The notes under the pieces were generated by a model. The model ran no database searches. It saw nothing but the letters and a program-made list of their open reading frames with translations, and was not told the DNA's origin. DNA of 64,000 bases from the NCBI GenBank assembly GCA_964525495.1, contig CAZGHS010000003.1, positions 52,022-116,021 on the forward strand, read 5' to 3'. Both the position numbers and the translations under genes were made by a program. Below, in pieces: positions 27,663 to 37,390 of the stretch (its first letter is position 1; each line of letters begins with the position of its first letter). Source of the stretch: an uncultured Gammaproteobacteria bacterium. Its GTDB lineage: Bacteria; Patescibacteriota; Microgenomatia; JALYQM01.

Positions 27663-28865
27663 ATGCAAAACCTTACAAAACTTCTTGAACGTGGTACAGA
27701 TACAATTTATCCTTCACGAGATTTTCTTGAAAAAAAACTCCAAGAGGATAAACCTTTAAAAGTTTATCTTGGTGTGGATCCGACTGGAGAATTACAGTTG
27801 CATCATGCTATACCTTTATTTAAATTGCGGCATTTTCAGGAGCTTGGGCATAAGATTTATATATTGATTGGAAGTTTTACTGCAACAATTGGTGATCCAA
27901 CTGGTAAAACAAAGACCCGAGTGCCTTTAACAAAGGATCAAGTTTTAGAGAATGCTCGTAATTATGCTAAATACGCCGCTAAAATTTTAGATTTTGAGAA
28001 GAATGCGCCAGAAGTGGTTTATAACGGAGACTGGCTAGAGAAATTAACCTTTAAGGAGGTTGTGGAACTTGCATCACACTTTACTGTGCAGCAAATGATG
28101 GAGCGGGATATGTTCCAGGAGCGCATGGCTGCTAACTTGCCCATCGGTTTACACGAATTTCTATATCCATTGATGCAGGGGTATGACAGCGTTGCTCTTG
28201 GCGTTGATGTTGAGATAGGTGGTACTGATCAGACATTTAATATGTTGGCTGGAAGAAAATTGATCGAAGCATATACTGGTAAAGAAAAAGCAGTCCTAAC
28301 GGTTCCTTTGTTGACTGACGCTAGTGGAAAGAAGATGAGTAAGAGTGATGGGACAGGCATTCCTTTAGATACTACTGCTGAGGATATGTTTGGAAAAATA
28401 ATGTCTTTGCCTGATTCGTTTATAGTAAATATGTTCGTGCAGTGCACCGATATGTCTACAGAAGAAATCTTTGAGGTTAAAGGTGCGATCGAGAGTGGGG
28501 AAAATCCAATCGATTATAAAAAGCGATTGGCTTTGAACATAGTTTCTCGTTTTTATGGGGATGAAGCAGGAGTGGACGCACAGCAACGGTTCTTGTCTGT
28601 TGTACAGAATCAGGAGTTGCCTCACGATATTCCAGAGTGGACCATCGATCCTGGACTCTATGAGATATCCGATCTGATTTTTATAGTAGGACTAGTTGAG
28701 AGTAAAAGTGATGCGCGTCGCATGGTACAGCAGGGTGCGGTATCATTGTATGAGCAAGATAAGGAGCAACGTGTTATGGATCCTCGAACTTTTATTGAAG
28801 TAAAGAACAAAATGATTTTGCGTGTTGGAAAAAGAAGATATATTCAGTTGTTAACAGGAAAATAA
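27663..28865 (+). CDS. tyrS: Tyrosine--tRNA ligase
   Basis: YLGVDPT, IGDPTG, YPLMQGYD, GGTDQ, KMSKS, C-terminal S4 domain. Confidence 0.96.
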   Translation: MQNLTKLLERGTDTIYPSRDFLEKKLQEDKPLKVYLGVDPTGELQLHHAIPLFKLRHFQELGHKIYILIGSFTATIGDPTGKTKTRVPLTKDQVLENARNYAKYAAKILDFEKNAPEVVYNGDWLEKLTFKEVVELASHFTVQQMMERDMFQERMAANLPIGLHEFLYPLMQGYDSVALGVDVEIGGTDQTFNMLAGRKLIEAYTGKEKAVLTVPLLTDASGKKMSKSDGTGIPLDTTAEDMFGKIMSLPDSFIVNMFVQCTDMSTEEIFEVKGAIESGENPIDYKKRLALNIVSRFYGDEAGVDAQQRFLSVVQNQELPHDIPEWTIDPGLYEISDLIFIVGLVESKSDARRMVQQGAVSLYEQDKEQRVMDPRTFIEVKNKMILRVGKRRYIQLLTGK

Positions 28866-28866
28866 T

Positions 28867-28968
28867 ATGGAATTTTTACAAAAGCATAGATGGTTGGTTG
28901 TGACGATAAGTGTTTTGTCGTTTTTAGCAATTGTACTAACCTCTGTTCTTTCAATGTTTGCTTATTAA
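28867..28968 (+). CDS. 33-aa single-TM small membrane protein
   Basis: MEFLQKHRWLVVTISVLSFLAIVLTSVLSMFAY; fills the tyrS-recG gap exactly with TAA-T-ATG junctions at both ends. Confidence 0.7.
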   Translation: MEFLQKHRWLVVTISVLSFLAIVLTSVLSMFAY

Positions 28969-28969
28969 T

Positions 28970-31024
28970 ATGCTTCGTCTGTCTGATACTCCTGATAAGA
29001 TTCCTCAGGTTGGCCCGGTAGTAGTGCGTAAATTGCATTCCCTCGGGATCAACTCTATTCGTGACCTCCTATTTTATTTTCCGTTCCGCTATGACGAATA
29101 CCTTCAAGATGCGCAATTGGGAACATTAGAGGAGGGGAGTAAGGTCTCAATTGTAGGAAAGTTGCAGTCGATTGAAAATATCTTTACTCGTTCCAAACGA
29201 AAATTCACCAAAGCGCTTTTTTATACTAATAACTCTTTAGTTTCAGTTGTATGGTTTAATCAGCCGTATTTAACAAAGTCTCTCCATGCTGGCGAAGCAT
29301 ATAGGCTGACAGGGAAGGTGGGTAATTTCGGCGGTGTTCCGACATTGGTATCTCCAGAGCGAATACGGGCATCTGAATCAGAAATGAGTAGTACTACACC
29401 TGCTTCTTCTGAAATAAAAAAAGGTGAACCTATTGGTGTATACAGTGAAACAGCTGGACTTGCGTCGCGAAAGATTCGAGACATGATTACATATGTATGG
29501 AAGAATGTTGAGACTTTTCCTGAAGAGTATTTGCCGGGAAGTATAATGCGAAATCGTGAGTTGGTGTCACTTAAAGAAGCGATGCGCATGATGCATTTCC
29601 CGCGTAGTTTAAATGAACCAGAGAAAGCTCGTGCGCGGTTTGGCTATGAAGAAATGTATTTTTCGCAGCTTCGCTCAGTGATGCTTCGCCATCGTTGGCA
29701 AAATAACACCTTGGTATTTCGACTCTCTATAGATGCCTATAAAAAAGAGATTGACGAACTTATTCATAGTTTGCCTTTTGTTCTGACTGGTGGTCAGCAG
29801 CAAGCCGTGCAGGAAATCTTGCAGAATATGGCTGCACCTATCCCTATGAACCGATTACTAGAGGGTGATGTGGGAAGCGGAAAGACTGTTGTTGCGGCTA
29901 TCGCCATGTATGCTGCCTATTTAAATGGATACAAAAGTCTTCTGATGGCCCCAACACAGATTCTTGCAACACAGCATTTTTTGACTGTTCAGCGTGTTTT
30001 GGAGCCTTTGGGTGTAGGTGTGACTTTGGTTGTAAGTGGAAACAAGAAGGAACGTGCGGCGGGTGATATTTATATTGGTACACAGGCACTCCTTCATCAA
30101 AAAGAGCTTCTCGATAAAGTTGCTCTGACCATTATTGACGAGCAGCATCGGTTTGGCGTAGAGCAGCGGGCTTCGCTGCGGTCCAAGCATGGAATGACAC
30201 ATGTTTTGTCTATGACAGCGACTCCTATCCCGCGTACTTTAGCGCTTACACTGTATGGTGACTTGGATTTGTCATTAATTAATGAGATGCCTGCCGGAAG
30301 GAAACCAATTAAAACAAGAGTTGTAACGGGCAATAAGCGTGAAGAGGCTAATGAGTGGATCCGAAAGTTTATAAAAGAAACAGGGGAACAGGTTTTTATA
30401 GTGTGCCCATTTGTGGAGCCTTCCGAATCTTCGACTAGTATTAAGTCTGCTGTATCAGAGTATGACCGTTTGCGTACCAAAGTTTTTCCTGATCTGACAA
30501 TCGGTTTGCTACACGGCAAGCTCAAGAGTGCAGAAAAGGATACTATTCTGGCTGACTTTCGAGTGAGGAAGTATCAGATTTTGGTTTGTACTCCTGTGGT
30601 GGAGGTCGGAATAGATATTCCTAATGCTTCTATTATAGTCATAGAGTCAGCTGAGAGGTTTGGGCTGGCCCAGCTTCACCAGTTTCGAGGTAGGGTAGGT
30701 CGAGGAGGACAACAGGCATTTTGTTTGCTGTTTACCTCAGAGGAGCAGCAGGGAGACCTGCGTCGGCTGCAGGCGCTTGAGGAGACAGAATCCGGAATAG
30801 ACCTTGCTGAGCTTGATTTGCAGTATCGGGGATCTGGAAATATTTTTGGATTTGCACAGTCGGGACGTTCGTTCTTTAAATATGCCGATCTTTTTAATAT
30901 ACTTTCTATACAACAAGCTAAAGAGGACGCTCAGGAGACCTTGAAAGAGAGTCCAGATTTGTATTTGTATCCTGCATTAAAGGAACGTATTTCTCAGGAT
31001 ACAGAGGGTATAGAGGCGAATTGA
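28970..31024 (+). CDS. recG: ATP-dependent DNA helicase RecG
   Basis: GDVGSGKT, DEQHRFGV, MTATPIPRTL, QLHQFRGRVGRG. Confidence 0.97.
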   Translation: MLRLSDTPDKIPQVGPVVVRKLHSLGINSIRDLLFYFPFRYDEYLQDAQLGTLEEGSKVSIVGKLQSIENIFTRSKRKFTKALFYTNNSLVSVVWFNQPYLTKSLHAGEAYRLTGKVGNFGGVPTLVSPERIRASESEMSSTTPASSEIKKGEPIGVYSETAGLASRKIRDMITYVWKNVETFPEEYLPGSIMRNRELVSLKEAMRMMHFPRSLNEPEKARARFGYEEMYFSQLRSVMLRHRWQNNTLVFRLSIDAYKKEIDELIHSLPFVLTGGQQQAVQEILQNMAAPIPMNRLLEGDVGSGKTVVAAIAMYAAYLNGYKSLLMAPTQILATQHFLTVQRVLEPLGVGVTLVVSGNKKERAAGDIYIGTQALLHQKELLDKVALTIIDEQHRFGVEQRASLRSKHGMTHVLSMTATPIPRTLALTLYGDLDLSLINEMPAGRKPIKTRVVTGNKREEANEWIRKFIKETGEQVFIVCPFVEPSESSTSIKSAVSEYDRLRTKVFPDLTIGLLHGKLKSAEKDTILADFRVRKYQILVCTPVVEVGIDIPNASIIVIESAERFGLAQLHQFRGRVGRGGQQAFCLLFTSEEQQGDLRRLQALEETESGIDLAELDLQYRGSGNIFGFAQSGRSFFKYADLFNILSIQQAKEDAQETLKESPDLYLYPALKERISQDTEGIEAN

Positions 31025-31034
31025 ATGCTACTTA

Positions 31035-31063
31035 TTGCCATCTGGATGGTTTTTGTGTAGTAT
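31035..31063 (+). promoter_or_regulatory. Promoter TTGCCA-N17-TAGTAT for rpmF-nusB-rnc
   Basis: Near-consensus boxes with 17-nt spacing. Confidence 0.6.
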
Positions 31064-31096
31064 TATAGATATTATTTTGTGTATTGAGGAGAGTAT

Positions 31097-31216
31097 ATGG
31101 CACCGCTTCCTAAGAGAAGGCACTCAACACGTCGCCAAGGTAAGAGAACTTCGGCTATCGTACTTAAATTACGTAAGAAATTAGAGCATACTAAGACGTA
31201 TGTTCGTTCAAAATAA
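31097..31216 (+). CDS. rpmF: 50S ribosomal protein L32 (39 aa, no zinc ribbon)
   Basis: MAPLPKRRHSTRRQGKR after SD GAGGAG, upstream of nusB-rnc; not in the ORF track. Confidence 0.85.
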   Translation: MAPLPKRRHSTRRQGKRTSAIVLKLRKKLEHTKTYVRSK

Positions 31217-31224
31217 TTCTGCCC

Positions 31225-31602
31225 ATGAAAACACGTAACGACCCACGTCATCAAAAAAGAGAACATGCCATTCAGCTTTTGTATCAATGGGATTTTCGGA
31301 AAGATGTCCCGATTGATGCAGATATTTCTGAAATTATCTCAAAAATTGATGATATTGATACGTATATCAAAGAGTCGGCTACTCAATGGCCTTTAGAACA
31401 GGTAGCTCCAGTTGATCGAGCCATTCTCCGGTATGGTACGTGGGAGCTTATTTTTGCAGAAGGGAGACCTTCAGAAAAGGTTGTGATCGATGAGTCGATC
31501 GAATTAGCAAAAGAGTATGGTGGTGAAAATTCTCCTAGTTTTATAAATGGCGTGCTTGGTAGTATCTTAAAAAAGCACGGTACTGTTGTTCCGGAAGAAT
31601 AA
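31225..31602 (+). CDS. nusB: Transcription antitermination factor NusB
   Basis: VDRAILR, ESIELAKEYG, FINGVLG. Confidence 0.95.
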   Translation: MKTRNDPRHQKREHAIQLLYQWDFRKDVPIDADISEIISKIDDIDTYIKESATQWPLEQVAPVDRAILRYGTWELIFAEGRPSEKVVIDESIELAKEYGGENSPSFINGVLGSILKKHGTVVPEE

Positions 31603-31605
31603 TAT

Positions 31606-32301
31606 ATGTTTCAAGACTTAATTAAGAAATTACAGACATACTCTGTAGATATTACTGATGAGTCTGTTTTAAAGCAGGCTTTTATTCATCGTTCGTATTT
31701 AAATGAAGTGCGAGATCGGGCGCTGACGAGCAATGAGCGACTTGAGTTTCTGGGTGATAGCGTTTTGTCCCTAATAGTTTCCCACTATTTGTATGTTAAG
31801 TTTCCTGATATCCCTGAGGGACAGCTTACGAACTATCGTTCGTCGGTAGTGAAGACAACCTCTTTGGCTATCAGCGCACGAGAGCTTGGTTTGGGGCAGT
31901 TCCTTCATATGGCAAAAGGGGAGTCAGACTCAGGTGGTAAAGAGAATCCTTCATTGCTCGCTGATACATATGAGGCTCTTTTGGGGGTTATTTATCTTTA
32001 CAAAGGGTTCGATACAGCTCGTGAGTTTGTTATAGGGACTCTTTTGATCCGATTGGATGAAATTATTGCGACTGGCAAATATCGAGATTATAAGAGCGTT
32101 TTCCAAGAAGTTGTTCAAGAAAAATATAGGATGTCACCGATTTATTCGGTTGTTTCTACGACAGGGCCTGACCACGCAAAGGAGTTCGAAGTAGCGGTCC
32201 TGGTGAACGACACTCGTTATGGTATTGGTAAAGGTAAAAGTAAACAGGAGGCAGAACAGATGGCAGCTCAGGCAGCACTTGACGCTTGGCCTCGAGCGTG
32301 A
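31606..32301 (+). CDS. rnc: Ribonuclease III
   Basis: NERLEFLGD signature and C-terminal dsRBD. Confidence 0.97.
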   Translation: MFQDLIKKLQTYSVDITDESVLKQAFIHRSYLNEVRDRALTSNERLEFLGDSVLSLIVSHYLYVKFPDIPEGQLTNYRSSVVKTTSLAISARELGLGQFLHMAKGESDSGGKENPSLLADTYEALLGVIYLYKGFDTAREFVIGTLLIRLDEIIATGKYRDYKSVFQEVVQEKYRMSPIYSVVSTTGPDHAKEFEVAVLVNDTRYGIGKGKSKQEAEQMAAQAALDAWPRA

Positions 32302-32316
32302 TATCTTAGATTGATT

Positions 32317-32559
32317 ATGGCAACTACTATCAGATTATCCCGCGTTGGATCCACAAAAGAAGCACGTTATAGAATTGTTGTTGCACCTGTCCGCAGCAAA
32401 CGTGATGGCAAAGCACTTGATGTACTTGGGTGGTATGCACCTTTGTATGCTGAAACAAAGCAAGTGCAGCTTGATACAGAAAAATATGCTGCATGGGTGA
32501 AGAAGGGAGCTCTTCCTTCACGGACAGTTGCTTCACTTCATAAAAGAGTAACTCATTAA
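32317..32559 (+). CDS. rpsP: 30S ribosomal protein S16
   Basis: IRLSRVG...YRIVVA...KRDG...LGWY.P. Confidence 0.95.
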   Translation: MATTIRLSRVGSTKEARYRIVVAPVRSKRDGKALDVLGWYAPLYAETKQVQLDTEKYAAWVKKGALPSRTVASLHKRVTH

Positions 32560-32577
32560 TTAAAAAAGGAGAGACCC

Positions 32578-32853
32578 ATGAAAGAACTATTAGTATATAT
32601 TCTCCGTTCTATCGTTGATTATCCAGACGAAGTTGTTATCGAAGAACAAGTTAAAGAAGACGGCTTTGTCGTACTCCTTGTCGCTGTTAACCAGGCTGAT
32701 ATGGGTAAGGTAATTGGACGTGAAGGTAAAATAATCAAAGCAATTCGAAGCTTGATTCGCGTTGTAGCAATCAGAGAAAATAAGAAAGTTTCTGTAGAAC
32801 TTAAAGATCAGAATGGTGAATCACCAAGTCCTGATGAAGAAACAACAGAGTAA
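32578..32853 (+). CDS. khpA: KH-domain RNA-binding protein KhpA
   Basis: DMGKVIGREG, directly after rpsP. Confidence 0.9.
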   Translation: MKELLVYILRSIVDYPDEVVIEEQVKEDGFVVLLVAVNQADMGKVIGREGKIIKAIRSLIRVVAIRENKKVSVELKDQNGESPSPDEETTE

Positions 32854-32865
32854 TTGTTTTAAACA

Positions 32866-33561
32866 ATGAAGCTTTATTTTCTTTCAATATTTCCGCAATC
32901 GTTTAGTGAAATATTACAGACTAGTATTTTAGGGAGAGCCCTGAAAACTGGTCTGTTTTCGTACGAAATCGTCAACATTCGTGACTTTGCGTCAGATACT
33001 CATAGGAGTGTTGATGATAGCCCGTATGGTGGTGGTGCAGGTATGGTCATGCGTGCAGATATCCTAGAGAAGGCGTTGTTGTTTTGTTTTGAAAAAGAGG
33101 GTATTGATAAGGGATCGTACAATCGAGACGAGTACAATGTAGTTATTACTAGTGCGTCGGGACGGCCGTATATACAGGCGGACGCACAATCTTTCTCGAC
33201 ATACAAAGCACTGTTTGTCGTCTGTGGACATTATGAAGGAATTGATCAGCGCTTTATAGATATGTTTGCTGACTCAGTTCTCCGCATAGGCGACTATGTT
33301 TTGACTGGTGGTGAACTAGCTGCTCTTGTCATTGCAGATAGTATTATCCGACTTATCCCAGGTGCTCTCGGTTCTGATGAATCAATTGGAGAAGAGTCTT
33401 TTAGCTTGAAGGATGAAAACGGGCTTCTTTTAGAATATCCTCACTATACTCGGCCAGCTGTATTCAATGGCAAATCAGTTCCTGATGTTTTGCTAAGTGG
33501 CAATCATGCTGCTATAAAGGCCTGGCGCTTGGCGAAGTCTCAGGAGCTTCGGAAGGCGTAG
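32866..33561 (+). CDS. trmD: tRNA (guanine-N1)-methyltransferase
   Basis: PYGGGAGMV, CGHYEGID.R, IGDYVLTGGE, YPHYTRP. Confidence 0.97.
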   Translation: MKLYFLSIFPQSFSEILQTSILGRALKTGLFSYEIVNIRDFASDTHRSVDDSPYGGGAGMVMRADILEKALLFCFEKEGIDKGSYNRDEYNVVITSASGRPYIQADAQSFSTYKALFVVCGHYEGIDQRFIDMFADSVLRIGDYVLTGGELAALVIADSIIRLIPGALGSDESIGEESFSLKDENGLLLEYPHYTRPAVFNGKSVPDVLLSGNHAAIKAWRLAKSQELRKA

Positions 33562-34291
33562 CGGTTGCACTTGGAACAGGCGTTGGATCTGGTGCTAGTG
33601 GAGATGCATCTCCTGTTGTACTTGCGACTTGATATGCGGTATATGTCTTAAGATTCTCATATACATCACGTTCTGCCTTTGTGAGCACTGGAACTTCCTC
33701 AGTTTCATCTCCGGGCTTAGCTGGTAGTGGTTGATAAAAAGTGTTCATGTTGAGAGTGACGGTAAGGGTACCATCGTTGTCAGCTGCTGTTGCCGACATA
33801 CTTATAGCTTCCATGTTAATTAAACGCTTACCTTTAACGATTTTTCCAAGAAAAGTTTTTAGTGACTCGTAGTTGCCTTGTATTCCTAAACTGATTGCAA
33901 CATCAGGCCCTGTTTTTGATGTTGGTGCACTGTCATTTACTAATTTGCCGGGAGTTAACTGTATTCCTTGAATTGCGACATCACTTTCCTGTGCAATGCG
34001 CTGCAATTGGATAATTAGTGCAGGAATATCTTTTTGTGTTGGGAGTGCAATATTAACATCGGTTAACTGAGCGAGTAAATCTGTGCGACTTTTTGATAAT
34101 GCATCTAAGGTTTCAATTTTTGTATCGAGCATTGTTTGCTTACTTTGCTCATCTGCAATTTGGGTTTGTGTTTGAAGAATATTTGCTATCTTAGGTTGAA
34201 CCCAGATCATAGCTATTGCTAGAACCACTAAAATTGAAATTACAGGTAAAACTAAATACAGACTTTTATTTAATGTTTTATTGTCTTTCAT
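33512..34291 (-). CDS. pilO: Type IV pilus assembly protein PilO-like
   Basis: TM, coiled coil, ALP...IP.L, GNYESL..FL; follows pilM-pilN. Confidence 0.8.
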   Translation of the reverse strand: MKDNKTLNKSLYLVLPVISILVVLAIAMIWVQPKIANILQTQTQIADEQSKQTMLDTKIETLDALSKSRTDLLAQLTDVNIALPTQKDIPALIIQLQRIAQESDVAIQGIQLTPGKLVNDSAPTSKTGPDVAISLGIQGNYESLKTFLGKIVKGKRLINMEAISMSATAADNDGTLTVTLNMNTFYQPLPAKPGDETEEVPVLTKAERDVYENLKTYTAYQVASTTGDASPLAPDPTPVPSATATPSEAPETSPSARPL

Positions 34292-34851
34292 TGCTGTTCC
34301 TCAACTTTCTTTATGTTCATCGACAATGTGAATTGTAGCGTTCCATCTTTTGCTGTAGCTACGCTGCCTAGGTTGATGTCATCAAAGAATCGAGCTCCTT
34401 TTTCTTGATTTAGAATATTCCCAATGTAGTTATTAAAACTGGCAGAATCATTTGCTTTTCCACTTACTGCTACTTTTCTTGTTTTATCAATTGCGATGCT
34501 TTGAATTGAGATTCCTGAGTCAGGTAAAACTGACTGTAAGTTTTCGAAGTCTGCTTTGTAATCTTTTGCTTCAGCAATTATATTTCCAGATGCAGTAAGT
34601 TTTGCTTTAATACTACGCTGCATAAGTTCGACATCAGCATAGGTACGGACGGTTTCACGCAATTTATCATTTTCGGTTTGTAAGCCCTTTAGGACTTGTC
34701 CTAGAGTAATGTCTATTGTGAATGCACCGAGCAACGCAATAGCTCCGACGATAAGGATTGCTAAACTCGTTATCGTTAAAAGTTTTTGCCTTTTGCTCTC
34801 TTTCTCTTCATTAAGCGTAATGTCCGGCAATAAATTGATATCTTTGGCCAT
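34288..34851 (-). CDS. pilN: Type IV pilus assembly protein PilN-like
   Basis: INLLP motif followed by TM. Confidence 0.85.
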   Translation of the reverse strand: MAKDINLLPDITLNEEKESKRQKLLTITSLAILIVGAIALLGAFTIDITLGQVLKGLQTENDKLRETVRTYADVELMQRSIKAKLTASGNIIAEAKDYKADFENLQSVLPDSGISIQSIAIDKTRKVAVSGKANDSASFNNYIGNILNQEKGARFFDDINLGSVATAKDGTLQFTLSMNIKKVEEQQ

Positions 34852-34859
34852 AGTTTCTC

Positions 34860-35894
34860 CTATAATTCTTTAAGTGCAAGTCCTACCGCTACTGAGTACA
34901 CTGGTGCATCTTCTCCGAGTTGAGCTTCGATGCTTGGGTCTTTTTTGATATTAAACCAAGGGTCGCCGATTTGCGCTTCGATTCCGAGGGCGTTTGCTAG
35001 GAAAATAAGGAAACCTGGTAGCTTTGCTGTACCACCTGATAACACAACACGCTTAACTTGATCATTTGTATTTCTTGATTGATAGAATCCTACTGCTTTT
35101 TTGATTTCATTAATTATCAATTCAAACGTAGGCTTGATTGCACTCATTACTTTTCCTTCTAGTTGATCTTCTACCAGCCCGTACATTTTTTTGTATTGAT
35201 CGGCTTGGTCAAATGCAATTCCTAAATCTGATGCTATTGCTCGAGTTAACACGTTCCCGCCGGATGCAATCGAACGGGTAAAACTCACCATGCCACCGCG
35301 AATAATACTTAGATCTGTACTCGTTGATCCAGTTGAAATGATCATTGTGGTAGGGGAGTATGGATTGTTTCCTACGAGCGATCGTGCTTGAGCAAGCATG
35401 TCTGTTTCCATTGCAATTGGTTTTAAATCTGCTTTTCGCAATATATTTGTATATTTATCAATAATTGTTAAAGGAGCTGCGACAAGCAAGATTTCTGTTT
35501 TGGTATTCTTTTCTTTGTCTCCTTTAGTAAGGATTTGCCATCGCAGAGACACTTCGTTAAGCGGACGAGGAATATATTGTTCGCTTTCAAATTGAATAGC
35601 TGTAGGAAGCTCTTTATCAGACATTGGAGGCATCTCGATAACACGAGTGAATATCTGTGACTCAGGGAGAGACACTACAACCTGATTTGTATTGACGCGC
35701 GTCTCTTTAACTAATCTTTTTATAATTTCTACAATTGCGTCTTTGTCAAAATCAGCTTCAGAGCTCATACCGTTACCGGGAGTAGGAGCTACTCCATATG
35801 CAATGAGTTTACTTGTTTGATTTTCTTTTTGGAGGTGTACTAATTTGATACTTGAATCACCAATATCAAGACCAAAAAAAACTTTGTTTGCCAT
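34860..35894 (-). CDS. pilM: Type IV pilus assembly protein PilM
   Basis: GLDIGDSSIK, LSGGTAKLPG, AVGLAL. Confidence 0.93.
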   Translation of the reverse strand: MANKVFFGLDIGDSSIKLVHLQKENQTSKLIAYGVAPTPGNGMSSEADFDKDAIVEIIKRLVKETRVNTNQVVVSLPESQIFTRVIEMPPMSDKELPTAIQFESEQYIPRPLNEVSLRWQILTKGDKEKNTKTEILLVAAPLTIIDKYTNILRKADLKPIAMETDMLAQARSLVGNNPYSPTTMIISTGSTSTDLSIIRGGMVSFTRSIASGGNVLTRAIASDLGIAFDQADQYKKMYGLVEDQLEGKVMSAIKPTFELIINEIKKAVGFYQSRNTNDQVKRVVLSGGTAKLPGFLIFLANALGIEAQIGDPWFNIKKDPSIEAQLGEDAPVYSVAVGLALKEL

Positions 35895-35951
35895 TCGTAT
35901 TTCCTTTCTTCTTCTAATAGCATAGGTGAGTTAGTAAGGTAGTGTCAAGAT

Positions 35952-37388
35952 CTAGTAGGGAGTGTACTCTTTCCAGGTTATGGTTGTTGCAATACGCATT
36001 AATGACGTTAATGTTGTATTAAAGAACACACCCGGACTAAATACAATGCGTTCGGCGGGCGTTGTAAGGTTGTTTGAGTTACTTAAAGAGCGCGTGAGAT
36101 GAATTCCTTGGTTTGCAAATATGCTTCCGGTGATGAGTAGTTGATTACTGCTGTTGCCATTGTAAGAAGAGTCAAATTCTCCGTCGATAAAATAGATTCC
36201 GTCAGCTCTCGTTACAGAATTTCTAATACCTACGTTTCCTGAAACTATCCAAACAATATGACTTGATGGATGTAATTGTATATTTCCGTCAATAAAGAGG
36301 TCGCCATTTATGAACACAACGAGTGCAATGTTTTGAGCAGTAGATAATTGAGCAGGTATATAGGAGCTATTTACTGCTGTATCGTTGCCTATAAATACTG
36401 TCGAACCGAGTGTTGTGGGAATAGAAGAAGGGAAAGGTTGTGCTGAGCCTCCAAATTTATTGTAGAAGGTTGAATAGATGGATTGCGAGGTGATCTCGTA
36501 ATCTTTTATATTCCACCCCTGGGTGGAGGTGAAGTTGTTAATAGTATCAGTTGCGGTAATGACTATCCCTGTTGCAGCCGGTCCATTTTCTGTAAGCATG
36601 TCTATTGGTCCATTTGAATAAATATCTCCTCCTGATGTTTGTATCCACGGAGCCATAAGGGCATATTGTTTAGTGGATTGGAGTCCCGCCATGTCTTTGA
36701 CTCTTATTCTAATATATTTTGTCTCTGACCAATTGCTGTTGCAGTAGTCAGTGGAAGGAATAGTAATTGTGCCAGTGGGAGTACCAGGAGTACTTGGTGA
36801 AATACTGGCTGCCCTCCATTGATTGTCGTTCCATGTGGAGTTGCACTGCGTTAAATTTGAATAGTATCCCCAGGTACTACCACCATCAACGCTGTATTGA
36901 AATTCTGCTGATGTGTTATCTAAACCTGAGGTTACATCTGATACTGTGATGGAAATGGTGAAGGTGTGAGCATTACCCGAATTGGTTAGCGTAAAGTTTG
37001 ACCAGTTTTTAGGTGCGAGTAGGTCAATTTTATAATTAAATGTTTTGGTTGCTTCTGTTATATTGGCCGTGTCCTTTGCAAAAAAATTAAATACATGTTG
37101 GCCTTGCGCTATGAGTGTTCTTGTCGTGGGGTTAGACAAACTTACTGTCTGCGGATCACTATCTATCCAATGTGTGATTGATTCTACGGGACTAGTGCCT
37201 GGCGTGGCTGTTAGAGTAATAGGAACTGCACTAATATACCAACTATTGTTTCCCATTTCAGCTGATGCATCGATAGAGTAGTTAGTTGTGGGCGGTGATG
37301 CGGAGAAGGAATTTACCGGTATTAAGGCAAATAATATTAATAGTGTTCCTACTATTTTTAATGTCGTTTTTGTATGTAAATGTGACAT
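35952..37388 (-). CDS. Secreted pilus-associated protein (Ig-like domains plus C-terminal beta-rich domain); candidate tip adhesin
   Basis: Signal peptide, YSVDGGSTW, VKDMAG, repeated V/I-x-G-N/D beta motifs; directly after the pilX-like gene. Confidence 0.55.
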   Translation of the reverse strand: MSHLHTKTTLKIVGTLLILFALIPVNSFSASPPTTNYSIDASAEMGNNSWYISAVPITLTATPGTSPVESITHWIDSDPQTVSLSNPTTRTLIAQGQHVFNFFAKDTANITEATKTFNYKIDLLAPKNWSNFTLTNSGNAHTFTISITVSDVTSGLDNTSAEFQYSVDGGSTWGYYSNLTQCNSTWNDNQWRAASISPSTPGTPTGTITIPSTDYCNSNWSETKYIRIRVKDMAGLQSTKQYALMAPWIQTSGGDIYSNGPIDMLTENGPAATGIVITATDTINNFTSTQGWNIKDYEITSQSIYSTFYNKFGGSAQPFPSSIPTTLGSTVFIGNDTAVNSSYIPAQLSTAQNIALVVFINGDLFIDGNIQLHPSSHIVWIVSGNVGIRNSVTRADGIYFIDGEFDSSYNGNSSNQLLITGSIFANQGIHLTRSLSNSNNLTTPAERIVFSPGVFFNTTLTSLMRIATTITWKEYTPY

Positions 37389-37390
37389 TG

